A stretch of 64,000 bases of DNA from Nitrosopumilaceae archaeon (GCA_965203465.1 CBDBCR010000003.1:832001-896000), one strand, 5' to 3'. Positions 1 through 10,094 are shown, counted from the first letter of the stretch. Made by a program: numbers and translations. Notes: a model not told the origin generated them from the letters alone.

Positions 1-857
1 GTGGCCTTTAGGTACTCGCGCAGCTCGAGCAGCGGCTGCATCCACTCCTGCCCGCTGTCTATGGTGTTGCTCAGCGAGTCGTCCTTTTCGACCACGGTGC
101 ATGTCCAGCAGCCGAACCTGCTGTTGCCGCACGAGGGCGTGCTGGTGTCGACCACCAGGGGGCACTCGGAGCCGCGCGCGTTGCGGTACATGGCCGCCAA
201 GTCGCGGTTGTTCGAACCCCACGGGCTCGGGCGGGCCAGCAGGTACTTCCAGACGTCCTTTTCGGCAAAGTCGCGCAGCGGCGTGTACACGTAGGTCTGG
301 GCGAACTTTGAGTGGCGCGAGAGCCGGCTGCCCTCTATCTCGTACATGTTCATCAGCTGCTGCCGCGAGGTGCTCTCGTCCTTGCGGGTGCCGAGCACCA
401 CGACGGCCTCGCCGTACTCGGAGGCCTTTTCCTGTATGAAGCGGTCGGCGTTGCGTATCTTTAGGCGCTCGGTGCACCAGCGGAACATGTTGGTGGGGGC
501 CGGAAAGCCCTTGCCCAGAAGGCACACCCAGAACGTGTCCTGCAGCACGGGCCGCACCAAGTTGGTCGATACTGGCAGGCGCGACTTTGCGGCCGCCTCC
601 TCCATCATCTCGAGGGTGCTCGTTATCTGCTGCACGACGGCGGGCGACTCCACCAAGGTGTCCGACGATATGATGAACAGCTTTTTGGACAGTTTTTCTT
701 GGGGCAGCTTTGAGAGGGCGTCCCAGACCAGCTGCACCATGCACGTCGAATCCTTGCCGCCGCTAAAGCCCAGTATCCACGGGCGCCGGTCGCCCAAGTA
801 CACCTCGCGTATCTCGCCGTGTATCTGCTCGACGGTGCGCCGCTCGAATACGCTCAT
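1..857 (-). CDS. dndC: DNA phosphorothioation sulfurtransferase DndC (PAPS-reductase family), runs off window start
   Basis: Manual translation from ATG 857: MSVFERRTVEQIHGEIREVYLGDRRPWILGFSGGKDSTCMVQLVW...SDTLVESP...FWVCLLGKGFPAPTNMFRWCTERLKI; SGGKDS PP-loop; ATGA overlap with the dndB stop. Absent from the ORF track because it has no stop in the window. Confidence 0.92.
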   Translation of the reverse strand, partial: MSVFERRTVEQIHGEIREVYLGDRRPWILGFSGGKDSTCMVQLVWDALSKLPQEKLSKKLFIISSDTLVESPAVVQQITSTLEMMEEAAAKSRLPVSTNLVRPVLQDTFWVCLLGKGFPAPTNMFRWCTERLKIRNADRFIQEKASEYGEAVVVLGTRKDESTSRQQLMNMYEIEGSRLSRHSKFAQTYVYTPLRDFAEKDVWKYLLARPSPWGSNNRDLAAMYRNARGSECPLVVDTSTPSCGNSRFGCWTCTVVEKDDSLSNTIDSGQEWMQPLLELREYLKA

Positions 858-1968
858 GCGTCCATCCCCACCTGCCCCGGCTCGCCCAGCTCTTCCAGGA
901 TTTTGTTGGCCGCCCTCTTTATGGCCAGCCTGTTCTTGACCATCTTGCCGTCGACGACCACGTTGTTCTGCCAGCCGGGCGCCTTTTTGCGCCAGTCGAT
1001 GTCGCGCAGGCCGGCTAGGCGGTCGCGCCAGCCCTGACCGCGGGTCAGCACGTTGCCGGCCAGCCCTATGGCGTTGAGTATGTTTGTGTGGGCGTGGACG
1101 TACTCGCGGCGCAGCTCGTAGGCGCTGATCTTCTTTTCGGCCAGCAGGCGCCACTCCGGTATGTTGTCCGATACGGAGTTCCAGAATTCGACTGCCAGCT
1201 TCTGGTTCTCGGCGGAGACCGACTTTGTAGTCTGCCGCAGGCCCAGCAGGTGCCGCGTGGCGTCGGCCACGCCGTTGAGGGTCACGAAGTTGGTCGAGCG
1301 GTTGGATATGTTTGTCTTTTCCTCCTCGGTGCGGCCCGCAAAGACCTCGATGTCCCTAGTCATGTTGACGACGAAGCGGGCGAACGTGTCGCGGTGGTCG
1401 TAGAGCAGGCCCAGCGACTTTGTCGGCTTTACGGCGTGCTTGTTTAGATCGGCGAACATCTGCTGGCTGTGCTTGAGGCCCCTGTCCTCGAAGACCACGA
1501 CGGCCATCTTTTCGCTCTCGATGCCCGGGTTTTGTTCGCACGCGTGCCGTATGGCCGCGCACCTGTGCTGGCCGTCGTTTACGATCATCTTTGCGTTGGT
1601 GGGCACGTGTATGAAGCCCGTGCGGCCCTGCGAGTCGTTTGGCGGCGCCGGCTCGAAGGTTATGGAGCGGTCCACTGAGACGGTGACTGCCGAAAAGACG
1701 TAGTCGTCGGGGTTGTCGAGCACGTAGGATGCGATGTGCGGCACCCGCGAGGAGCGCAGGCGGCGCTGGGAGCGCAGGTTTGCAGGAAGCCCCGAGTCCT
1801 TGTCGAACTTGAACATGGTGCTGACCGTCCCAAAGTCGCACATCATTACGTAGAATTCGCGCCCCGCCTGGTTGCCCCTTACCGCCGGGAACGGGATGGA
1901 CGAGACTGCGCCAATTTCAGACCCCCCCCCCCCCCGCGGGAGTAGTCGGTCGGGCGCGTCGTAGGCAT
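854..1968 (-). CDS. dndB: DndB-family DGQHR-domain protein; 5' end out of frame at a G14 tract
   Basis: NDGQHR motif and QQMFADLN. The DndB-type N-terminus FPAVRGNQAGREFYVMM lies upstream of the track start (1846), with no in-frame ATG/GTG/TTG before the G-tract. ATG 1968 is about 26 nt from a TATA box. Confidence 0.85.
1922..1935 (-). repeat. G14 homopolymer in the 5' part of dndB
   Basis: 14 consecutive C on the + strand. Confidence 0.95.
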
Positions 1969-1990
1969 CTGGGCAGGGTTTGGAAGCAGG

Positions 1991-1998
1991 TTATAAAA
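1991..1998 (-). promoter_or_regulatory. TATA box of the dndBC operon
   Basis: TTTTATAA on the - strand about 26 nt upstream of ATG 1968, the same spacing as other genes in the window. Confidence 0.6.
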
Positions 1999-2125
1999 TA
2001 GTTTTGTGTGCGCTGTGGTGTAGATGAAGAACGTTAGCATAAAAGATTGTTACAACTCTTGTTAATCGAAATTAAGAGCAGTTCGATGAACGTATCATGC
2101 AACGGAAGCATGTTGTAATAGCTTA

Positions 2126-3949
2126 ATGATAAATATGTACAACACATGGTTTTTGTATGATGTCCTAGGGCTGTTACGTATGGAAGAAACTAGTCTGATG
2201 GATGTTTTATGTGACGAAGTAGAGCAGCTCAAATACGACTATTGTTATCCTGATCTAGGCCGAGCTTTCCAACATTGGTGTGCAGCACACATCTTGAGTC
2301 TAGTGGATGAAGATGTGGCTATGGGAATAAAAGGAAACCAAGCCCGAGATAAAGGCATAGACTACCTGCACGTAGACGAAGACGAAGAAACTGTAAACAT
2401 ACTCCAGACCAAATTTAGCGATAAATTGAACACTACTGTCTCGAATGAGGATCTAAGTTCGTTCTTTGCTACGCCCGACAGACTCAGCAATGGTTACCAA
2501 GGAGACAACGCATTCCGAGAACGCCACGCACAATACGTAGCAGCCGTGTCGAGGGGGTTCAAGATCAATTTGATTTTTGTTATGACTGGAGATCTGACGG
2601 ATACGAACAAGGAGGAGATCGAAATCCACAAATTGAAACTCTCTGAAAATATGACGTTCGACTGTATAGAAAACAAAGATTTGCCAGGCTTGGTTGGAGA
2701 TCCTCCAAGCCCTCCGTGCAAGTTGAACGTCGTAGAAAACGAGGTGTTCGTAAGTATGTCTTCGGACATGCAGTCTAGAAAGGTGGTGGCCACTGTACAG
2801 GGTAGTGAGCTTGCACGAATATATAGCAAAATAGGTCCCAACACTCTGTTTTCAGCCAATCCGAGAAAATACATACCGTCCAAGGGTGCTTCACGCGATA
2901 TCAAAAAAACACTAGAAAGCGAACCTGAACGTCTGTGGCATTACAACAACGGAGTCAGCGCAGTCTGTGAATCTTTCGAATACGATAAACAAGACAGATC
3001 TCTAAAAATTAAAAACTTCAAGATAGTCAATGGTTGCCAAACGGTTTCTACAATAGCTAAACAAAAGTTTGTATCTGAACATGCCACCGTGCTACTCCGT
3101 CTCTCACAGGTTTCAGACCAAGACTTTCGCCGAGCTATAAGTGCCAACACCAACAATCAACAACCTGTCAAGGCATCGGATCTGTATTCTAACAGAGACG
3201 AACTTAAGATCCTGGAACACAAATTCAAAAAATATCCCGCGTTCTTTTGGGAAAGGAAGAAGGGCGATTTGAGAGGTCTGGATGACAAGACCAGATCAAG
3301 ATATACGAAAGAGAAGCGTCAAAAGCTATATGTGATCGACAACGTGGTAGCGGCCCGGCTCAAACTAGCATTCGGGCTAGGGAAACCCCACTTGTCTATC
3401 ACTATAGCCGAGAAAAAAATATTTTCCAACGACGAGATCGGTCAGTCTGGACTGCGAGCATTTACAACAATATACGGCAATGCTAAACCAAGCGAGTTTA
3501 TACTCCCAAACATTTTCTTGTATTTGATCAAGAATTTGGACGTTGGGAACCATCGGGAATCTGAAGCGTTGATCAGCATCACACTTGGTCGCTACTATGT
3601 AATCGGAATGATCGATAGAATACTCCAATCGATCCAGAGCGAAGAGAGAAGTCGTCTGGAAGAACAGATAATCAAAGCTGCATCCGATTACGACGAAGAA
3701 ACTATAGAAGAACTGCGCGATAACCTACGCAAACTCGTAGAATGGATGTCTCTCGCACTACCTAGAATACTAGAGCAACCGACAATACCACTACACGAAC
3801 ACGCCCCTACAGGATTGCGCGATAAACTCAAAGAAAAAGATGTGCTAGACAAGTTGCATGTGGAACGCCAATGCCAGTTGTCATTGGCGCCTGATAGCAC
3901 AGATTGGTTCAAAGAAAAGCTAAGCCAAACGTTTGGAGCGAGATGTTAA
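2126..3949 (+). CDS. AIPR family (abortive infection/phage resistance) protein; start may be ATG 2180
   Basis: DKGID..QTKF in the N-domain; NPRKY, YNNGVSAVC, IVNGCQT and NTNNQQPVK.SDL.SN motifs; markedly lower GC than the flanks. Confidence 0.85.
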   Translation: MINMYNTWFLYDVLGLLRMEETSLMDVLCDEVEQLKYDYCYPDLGRAFQHWCAAHILSLVDEDVAMGIKGNQARDKGIDYLHVDEDEETVNILQTKFSDKLNTTVSNEDLSSFFATPDRLSNGYQGDNAFRERHAQYVAAVSRGFKINLIFVMTGDLTDTNKEEIEIHKLKLSENMTFDCIENKDLPGLVGDPPSPPCKLNVVENEVFVSMSSDMQSRKVVATVQGSELARIYSKIGPNTLFSANPRKYIPSKGASRDIKKTLESEPERLWHYNNGVSAVCESFEYDKQDRSLKIKNFKIVNGCQTVSTIAKQKFVSEHATVLLRLSQVSDQDFRRAISANTNNQQPVKASDLYSNRDELKILEHKFKKYPAFFWERKKGDLRGLDDKTRSRYTKEKRQKLYVIDNVVAARLKLAFGLGKPHLSITIAEKKIFSNDEIGQSGLRAFTTIYGNAKPSEFILPNIFLYLIKNLDVGNHRESEALISITLGRYYVIGMIDRILQSIQSEERSRLEEQIIKAASDYDEETIEELRDNLRKLVEWMSLALPRILEQPTIPLHEHAPTGLRDKLKEKDVLDKLHVERQCQLSLAPDSTDWFKEKLSQTFGARC

Positions 3950-4076
3950 CCAACCACCAGAAATGACTGTGCGTGCACATGCGATACGATTTGTCTTGTT
4001 TGAAGCAACGTTGGACAAGTAGATCCGAATCAACCAAATGCGGTTCGAGTAGATCCTATCATGTTGGATACTTTAC

Positions 4077-4916
4077 TCACTTTTCCACCGGGGTGCCGAC
4101 CATGTTGCCCCACTCTGTCCACGAGCCGTCGTAGTTGCGCACGCGCGGGTACCCCAGCAGGTACTTTAGCACGAACCAAGAGTGCGACGAGCGCTCCCCT
4201 ATCCGGCAGTAGCACACCACGTCGCGGTCCGGCGTGACCCCGCTCGACGAGTACAGCTCGCGCAGCTCGTCGGCCGTCCGGAACGTGCCGTCCTCGTCGT
4301 TGACCGCCTTTAGCCACGGGATGTTCTGGGCCCCCGGTATGTGACCGGCCCGCTGCGCGTTCTCGGAAGGGTACTCTGGGGGGGCGGCCACCTGGCCGGA
4401 AAACTCGGGCGGCGAGCGCACGTCGACGAGCCGCGCGTCCGGCCTGCCCATGGCCCTGCGCACGTCCTCGACGTACGCGCGCAGGCCCTCGTCTGGCGGC
4501 GGCGAGCGGTACTCGGACGGCGATATGGACGGCTCGTCCGTCTCGTAGCCGCGCCCCTCCATCTCCCACTTTTTGCGCCCCCCGTCCATCAGGCGCACGT
4601 CCTCGTGGCCGTAGTACTTGAAGACCCAGAACGCGAACGCGGCGAACCAGTTGTTGAAATCGCCGTACAGCACCACCGTCGTCTCCGGCATCACGCCGTG
4701 GCGCGACATCAATTCGTCAAAGCCCTCGCGCGAGACGATGTCGCGGGTGAGCGGATCGTTGATGTCCTGCCGCCACCGCGCCAGCGAGGCGCCCGGCACG
4801 TGGCCGCGCGCGTACGCGGATTCGGGGTCGTAGTCCACCTCGATCACGCGGGCCTGCGCCGGCTTTTCGGCGACCCACCCGGTCGTGACCAGCACCTCGG
4901 GATGCGCGTATTCCAC
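4077..4916 (-). CDS. Tandem-domain rhodanese / thiosulfate sulfurtransferase
   Basis: GHVPGA, DGGRKKW, DVRS..EFSG, GHIPGA, YCRIGERS, YDGSWTEW. Confidence 0.93.
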   Translation of the reverse strand: MEYAHPEVLVTTGWVAEKPAQARVIEVDYDPESAYARGHVPGASLARWRQDINDPLTRDIVSREGFDELMSRHGVMPETTVVLYGDFNNWFAAFAFWVFKYYGHEDVRLMDGGRKKWEMEGRGYETDEPSISPSEYRSPPPDEGLRAYVEDVRRAMGRPDARLVDVRSPPEFSGQVAAPPEYPSENAQRAGHIPGAQNIPWLKAVNDEDGTFRTADELRELYSSSGVTPDRDVVCYCRIGERSSHSWFVLKYLLGYPRVRNYDGSWTEWGNMVGTPVEK

Positions 4917-4989
4917 GGGCCGGCGCCGGACGGCGGGGTAATTAGCTTTGCGGCGCGGCCTTATTAGTGGGCGGGCCGGCAGGGCCGGG

Positions 4990-5994
4990 TTGGAGCCCCC
5001 GCAGAGCCGGCCCGTCAGGATAGCCTTCGCGTACAGGCCCTCGTGGGAGTACTACCGGCCCGGGCACACCGTGGGCACCAGGTACGAGTTCTTCTTCCAC
5101 GCGCTGGCCCGCTCAAAGTCGGCCGAGGTGGGGTACTTTGGCTCCGAGGGCGTCATCGACGCGGCCGAGCTTGCAGGCAAGTGGGACGTCATCCTGTGCA
5201 CGAACAGCGCGCTGGGCACGCCGCGCCTGGCCAACGTCAGAAAGTCGGGCATCCCAGTCGTCGCCCAGACGCACGACCCCCACCTGGTAAAAGAGCTGGA
5301 CATGGCGCGCGATGTCTCGGAGCACGCCATATCCTGCTGCTTTGGGTTCATGCCCAAGCGCTACTTTTACAGGTACTTTCCCAAGAGCGTCAGGTACGAG
5401 GTCGTGCGGTGGGGCCTCGAGCCGGGTCTGTTCGGGCGGCTGCCCCCCTTCGGCTCCAGGATAAAGGACCGGGTGCTGCTCACCGGCGAGCTGGCCCGCA
5501 GGAGCATGGTCAAAAAGATGGTGCACGCGGTATCGAGGCGCGGCCAGTCCGAGGTGGCCGCCAACTACAAGCTGCGCAGGGCCTGCGCCTCGCTGCCCGG
5601 CGTGGACTATTCGGGCAGGGACCGCGTCACGGGCAGGTACCGCAACGGCGGCGCGGGCAGCTATGCGGGCCATCTCTCCGGGTACCGCGCGGCCATCGCG
5701 GCCGCCGGCCTGTACCCTACGGCAAAGTACTGGGAGACGCCGGCAGCCGGCTGCCTGACGTTCATGGAGGTCAACGGGGGCAACGGCGCGGCGGACCTGG
5801 GGTACAGGGACATGGAGAGCGCAGTCTTTGTGGACTCCAGAAACTACAGGGAAAGGATAAGCCGGTACCTGGAGACCGCCGACGATCCCTCGTGGGCCCG
5901 CATAGCAGAGGCGGGCAGGCGCCACGCCCTCGAGAACCTGAGCAACGACAGGGCCGTCGAGGACCTGGTCGGGATAGCGAGGAGCCTCCTGTAG
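4990..5994 (+). CDS. Glycosyltransferase-like protein (GT-B / CgeB-like)
   Basis: C-terminal KYWETPAAGCL...RIAEAGRRHA pattern of Glyco_trans_1_2; start uncertain. Confidence 0.6.
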   Translation: MEPPQSRPVRIAFAYRPSWEYYRPGHTVGTRYEFFFHALARSKSAEVGYFGSEGVIDAAELAGKWDVILCTNSALGTPRLANVRKSGIPVVAQTHDPHLVKELDMARDVSEHAISCCFGFMPKRYFYRYFPKSVRYEVVRWGLEPGLFGRLPPFGSRIKDRVLLTGELARRSMVKKMVHAVSRRGQSEVAANYKLRRACASLPGVDYSGRDRVTGRYRNGGAGSYAGHLSGYRAAIAAAGLYPTAKYWETPAAGCLTFMEVNGGNGAADLGYRDMESAVFVDSRNYRERISRYLETADDPSWARIAEAGRRHALENLSNDRAVEDLVGIARSLL

Positions 5995-6087
5995 GCCGGG
6001 GCGGGCCCGCACGGGCCGGCTACCGGGCCCGAACCGGCGCCCTGAAGCGCCGCATAGACATTAATCGCAGGCGCGCACGCGCGCCCC

Positions 6088-6729
6088 GTGCAAGAGGCGT
6101 CCCTGAAGCGGCTAAAGATCCGCAATTTCAAGAGCTTTGCGGACTTGGACGTCGAGTTCAAGGAATTCAACGTGCTCGTCGGGGCCAACGCCGCGGGCAA
6201 GTCCAATTTCGCGCAGATCTTCAAGTTCGTAAAAGACGTGCGCGGGGGGCTAGCCGACGCGCTTGCGATGCAGGGCGGCGCCGAATACGTGCTCAACTTT
6301 GACGGCGGCAGCCGCATGTCGATGGAGCTCGAGATCGACTTTCCTCACAACCCAAAGATCTCCAGCCTGCCCAACCCGCGACGCCAGCTGTACAACACGC
6401 GCGGAGTGGAACTTCGAGCTGGAGGTGGGCAAGAGGGCGGGGTTCGAGATCCTGTCCGATGCGTGGCGGTTTTACGCAATGGGGGTCAAACAGGATCGGG
6501 TAGACGGCATCTTGTACGCAAAGTCGGAAAACGGAAAGGTGTCACTCGAGCCGGACTTTCCAGCGGACGTCGTGGACGAAAAGTAGCTGGGCCTGTACGG
6601 GACAAAGATACCCACAGGCAAGTCGATTTTGGAGTCGCGCGCGGTCATAGATCGCTTGTTCCCGTGGGCAAGGCCGATCTGGCGGCGGTCATAAGGAAAA
6701 GCTGGTCGGCGGGAGGTATGGCGCAATGA
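6088..6729 (+). pseudogene. Truncated, frameshifted ABC/AAA ATPase (paralogue of 48084..49334)
   Basis: IRNFKS...GANAAGKSN Walker A; frameshift near 6400, stop at 6584-6586, no Walker B half. Confidence 0.8.
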
Positions 6730-7526
6730 GCAGCTACAAGTTTTCGACCGTCAAAATAATACCGGATCTCGCCAGGTACGAGCCTGTAAACGTGGGGGTC
6801 ATACTGCACGATGTGGGCAACGCCAGAATCTACCGGAGGTTCACGAACAACTGGGCAGAATTCAAGCGCCGGACGGGGATAGACTACCTGCCGCACACAG
6901 ACGGGCCCGGCGTCGCAGAAGACTGGAATTATCTGGATGCGCTGGCGTCCGAAACAGGCAGGGACAACCTGGAGGTCACCAAACCCAAGCCAGTCTCGCC
7001 AACCAGGGCGCCGCAGGAGACGCTGGACACCCTGTTCAGGATCCAGATCAGCCTGCCCGAAAGGTGCCCGGAGAAAGGATCGGCTACAACCAACACGCTA
7101 CAAGAGTTCCGCAGTTCGCTGTACCGGACAATCCAGAAAATGGGCTTTCCGGAACGAACGTATGAACGCAGGTACGCCTTCAAAGCGACCGTGGTGGACA
7201 GAAAGTTCCCGTGTGCGTTCCTGAAAGGCGGTTTTCCCCACCTGTGCATCGAGTGCCTGTCCTTTTCCGCGGGCAACGTGCTGCGTACAACCAAGAGCGC
7301 GGTCTCCGACATCGAACTCGTGCGCAAATCGCAGAGGAAATCGGGCGGTTTGCAAACCGACTTCAAGATATTCTCCGAACAGGATCGAGACGAAGTCCAC
7401 ACAGCAGACGGCCGCGTCCGGAAGAGTTTGGAGGTGCTGGAACTTTCAGGCATCGAGACAGTGTACAAAAGAGACCGGCAATACGAGCTTGACAAGATAC
7501 TCAAAACCGTGTCCGCGACGGCCTGA
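6726..7526 (+). CDS. DUF3037-domain protein
   Basis: N-terminal YKFSTVKIIPDLARYEPVNVGVIL signature. Confidence 0.7.
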   Translation: MSSYKFSTVKIIPDLARYEPVNVGVILHDVGNARIYRRFTNNWAEFKRRTGIDYLPHTDGPGVAEDWNYLDALASETGRDNLEVTKPKPVSPTRAPQETLDTLFRIQISLPERCPEKGSATTNTLQEFRSSLYRTIQKMGFPERTYERRYAFKATVVDRKFPCAFLKGGFPHLCIECLSFSAGNVLRTTKSAVSDIELVRKSQRKSGGLQTDFKIFSEQDRDEVHTADGRVRKSLEVLELSGIETVYKRDRQYELDKILKTVSATA

Positions 7527-7610
7527 CGCCTGCTGCGCCCGCGGTTTTTCCGCCCGCTCGATACGCGACACCTGTAGTCAAACCGCTACGCGCCCGCCGT
7601 CGGGTTCGAG

Positions 7611-7853
7611 CTAGGAGCCGGAACCCGCGCCCGAACGGCCCGCGTCGTCGATCTGTGGATCGGCCCGGGCGCCCGTCTCTGACCTGCGCAGCTCCGCGGT
7701 GACCGCCTCCTGTACCTCGAGGGGGAGATCTGCGGAGCGGAACATGGCGGTCTTGAGCCCGAGTATCACGTCGTGAACCGACAGGTATTCGTTTTCCACG
7801 CGCGGCGCGAACGTGTTTTTGAACGTGCGCTCAGGCGCGTCTTGGACAGCCAC
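7611..7853 (-). CDS. Small hypothetical protein
   Basis: Plausible ORF with an upstream TATA-like element near 7890; start uncertain. Confidence 0.35.
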   Translation of the reverse strand: MAVQDAPERTFKNTFAPRVENEYLSVHDVILGLKTAMFRSADLPLEVQEAVTAELRRSETGARADPQIDDAGRSGAGSGS

Positions 7854-8159
7854 GCTCTGCCCCCATGGTCGGCGGTTGCCCCGCCGCCCTTTATACATCA
7901 AAGCTTCGTTTCCGCCCGTTCCTGACACGATCGGCGGGATCGTGCAATCCGTCTGCCAGGAGCGCCGGCCCGCGCAGTCTAGAAGCCGAACCGCCCCTGC
8001 GCGCAGGATCGCGCGCGGCGTGCGCGCCGACGCCGTCGGCGCGGCCGGCGGGGCGCCGGGCGCCTCAGCGGCCCGGCGCGGAACCGGGCCGGGCGCGGCC
8101 GCCTTTCGGATCCCGCGGCCCGGCTAGGGTTTTTATTCAAACGCGCACACTAGCATACG

Positions 8160-8966
8160 GTGAAGCTCGAGCGCGTGGCCATAGTCAGCAAGGTCGGCTC
8201 GGCCGAGGCCGAAAGGGCCGCGGCCGGCCTGGCCCGCGAGTTTTCCGGCAGGGTGTACACCGTCGAGCCCGTCTCGGTGCACGGCGCCGAGAGCGTCGGG
8301 ACCCTCGGCGAGCTGCGCGGCGAAAACTTGGATCTGGTGGTCACGCTAGGCGGCGACGGCACGACGCTGCGCGCGTTCCGCGAGCTGGACGACGAGACGC
8401 CGCTACTCACCGTCAACGTCGGGGGCAACCGCGGCATACTCGCAGAGATCACACCAGAGCAGGTCGGCTCTGCCATAAAGCAGATGGCCTCGGGCGACGT
8501 AATACTGGAAAAGCGCACCAGGGTCTCGGCGGTCCACAAGAAAGAGAGGTACCCGCCGGCGCTCAACGAGATATACATCTGCAGGCGCAACATGACCAGG
8601 ACCGCCGAGATGGAGATACGCTTCCAGAACGACACCGTCAGGCAAAAGATGGACGGGGTCATAGTGGCCACCCCGAGCGGCTCGACGGGCCACTCGTTCT
8701 CGCTGGGCGGGCCCGTACTCCACGAGAGCCTCGACGTGCTGATAATAACGCCGGTGGCCCCCGTGTACCGGCTGGCCTCGATGGTCGTCCCCGACGAGGA
8801 GATCCAGCTGAGCTGCTCGCACGACTACAACATCGTCATGGACGCGCAGGTGGTCAAGGAGGCCGGCTACGAAGACGGCGTGACCATCAAAAAGCACCCC
8901 AGGCACGCGGTCTTTGTCAGGCTCAAGCGGCGCGGCCTGCGGCAGATGAGCAGGCTTGGCTTCTGA
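8160..8966 (+). CDS. nadK: NAD(+) kinase
   Basis: LGGDGT, ALNE, DGVIVATPSGSTGHSFSLGGP. Confidence 0.93.
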   Translation: MKLERVAIVSKVGSAEAERAAAGLAREFSGRVYTVEPVSVHGAESVGTLGELRGENLDLVVTLGGDGTTLRAFRELDDETPLLTVNVGGNRGILAEITPEQVGSAIKQMASGDVILEKRTRVSAVHKKERYPPALNEIYICRRNMTRTAEMEIRFQNDTVRQKMDGVIVATPSGSTGHSFSLGGPVLHESLDVLIITPVAPVYRLASMVVPDEEIQLSCSHDYNIVMDAQVVKEAGYEDGVTIKKHPRHAVFVRLKRRGLRQMSRLGF

Positions 8967-9420
8967 CGTGCTCGACGCCAGCGCGTTCTACGCGGGCGCC
9001 CCGTTCGCCTCGGCCGGCCCGTGGCAGACCACCCCGGAGGTGATAGACGAGGTGCGCCACATCAGGGCCGCCGAGGGGCTGGTCGATACGATGGTCGAGA
9101 CGGGCCGCATACGCGTGCGCCGGCCCGGCGAGCAGAGCTCGGCCAGGGTGGCCGAGGCGCTCGGGCGCACCGGCGACGAGGTCTCCGGGGCCGACGCCTC
9201 GGTCCTGGCGCTGGCCCTCGAGACCGATTCGAGGATACTGACCGACGACTACGCCGTCTCCAACGCGGCCGCGGAGCTGGGCGTGCGCCCGGTCCCGCTC
9301 ATGACCTCGGGGCCGCGCCGGCGCCGCGCGTGGAGGCGCGCCTGCCCGAGCTGCGGGCGGCCCGCGCGCGGGCCACAGTGCCCCGACTGCGGCTCGCCCA
9401 CCCGAAGGAGCTGGAGCTAG
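8956..9420 (+). CDS. nob1: NOB1-family PIN endonuclease with Zn ribbon
   Basis: VLDASAF, TPEVIDEV, S.AD.SVLALA, TDDYAVSN, CPSC..CPDCG. Confidence 0.85.
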   Translation: MASDVLDASAFYAGAPFASAGPWQTTPEVIDEVRHIRAAEGLVDTMVETGRIRVRRPGEQSSARVAEALGRTGDEVSGADASVLALALETDSRILTDDYAVSNAAAELGVRPVPLMTSGPRRRRAWRRACPSCGRPARGPQCPDCGSPTRRSWS

Positions 9421-10094
9421 GAATCCAGGGTTTCCTGGTCGGGCAGCCGGCGGCGCGAGCCGGGCCCGACTACCTTGCGTATGCGCTCGGCGCGCGCCCT
9501 GCCAAGGCCGGGCACCTTGGAGAGATCCGAGGCCGGCGCCCCAAGGGCCGCCGACGGCGTGCCGAACTTGTCGAGCATCCTGCCGGCCAGCTTTGGGCCC
9601 ACGCCCGGCAGCGCCGAGAGCAGCGAGAGCTGCTGCTCGTGCAGGCCCGACGGCTTTTTGATCTTTTTGATGAACGGCCCGCTGCCGGGCCCGCGCGAGG
9701 AGCACATGGCCGCCAGCAGCACCGCCGTGTGCGAGGCGCTGGCCGTGGGCAGGACCGGTATCCCGAAGCCCAGCGATACCGAGCAGAGCGCCCCGTAGAA
9801 GACGAACGGGTTGTCCACTATGCGGCCCAGCTCGTCCAGGTCCCCCTCCACGAGCAGCACGGGCCGCTCGTAGTTTGCGCGCATGGCCTCGCACTGCCCC
9901 GGCAGCCTGCCGTCGAAGACGGAGGCCACCAGATCCTTGACGGTCTTGCGCTCGACGGCGGTGCCGGGCCCCACGATGTAGTCTGCCACGGGCAGCATCT
10001 TGGTTTCCGTGGCGAGGCCCGCCTTCGAGAGCAGCTGCGGTATGCCGCTCTTGCGCTCGCGCTCGTCTATGACGATGCGCCTGGGCGCCATCAC
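9417..10094 (-). CDS. xpf: XPF/ERCC4 nuclease with HhH motifs
   Basis: IDERE, ADY, VERKT..DL..S..DGRL, two HhH motifs (PGVG, PGLG). Confidence 0.9.
   Translation of the reverse strand: MMAPRRIVIDERERKSGIPQLLSKAGLATETKMLPVADYIVGPGTAVERKTVKDLVASVFDGRLPGQCEAMRANYERPVLLVEGDLDELGRIVDNPFVFYGALCSVSLGFGIPVLPTASASHTAVLLAAMCSSRGPGSGPFIKKIKKPSGLHEQQLSLLSALPGVGPKLAGRMLDKFGTPSAALGAPASDLSKVPGLGRARAERIRKVVGPGSRRRLPDQETLDS

Noticed and set aside
4013-4070. Short repeats AGTAGATCC / GTTGGA downstream of AIPR
   Set aside because: Only two copies of 6-9 nt, which cannot be distinguished from chance.
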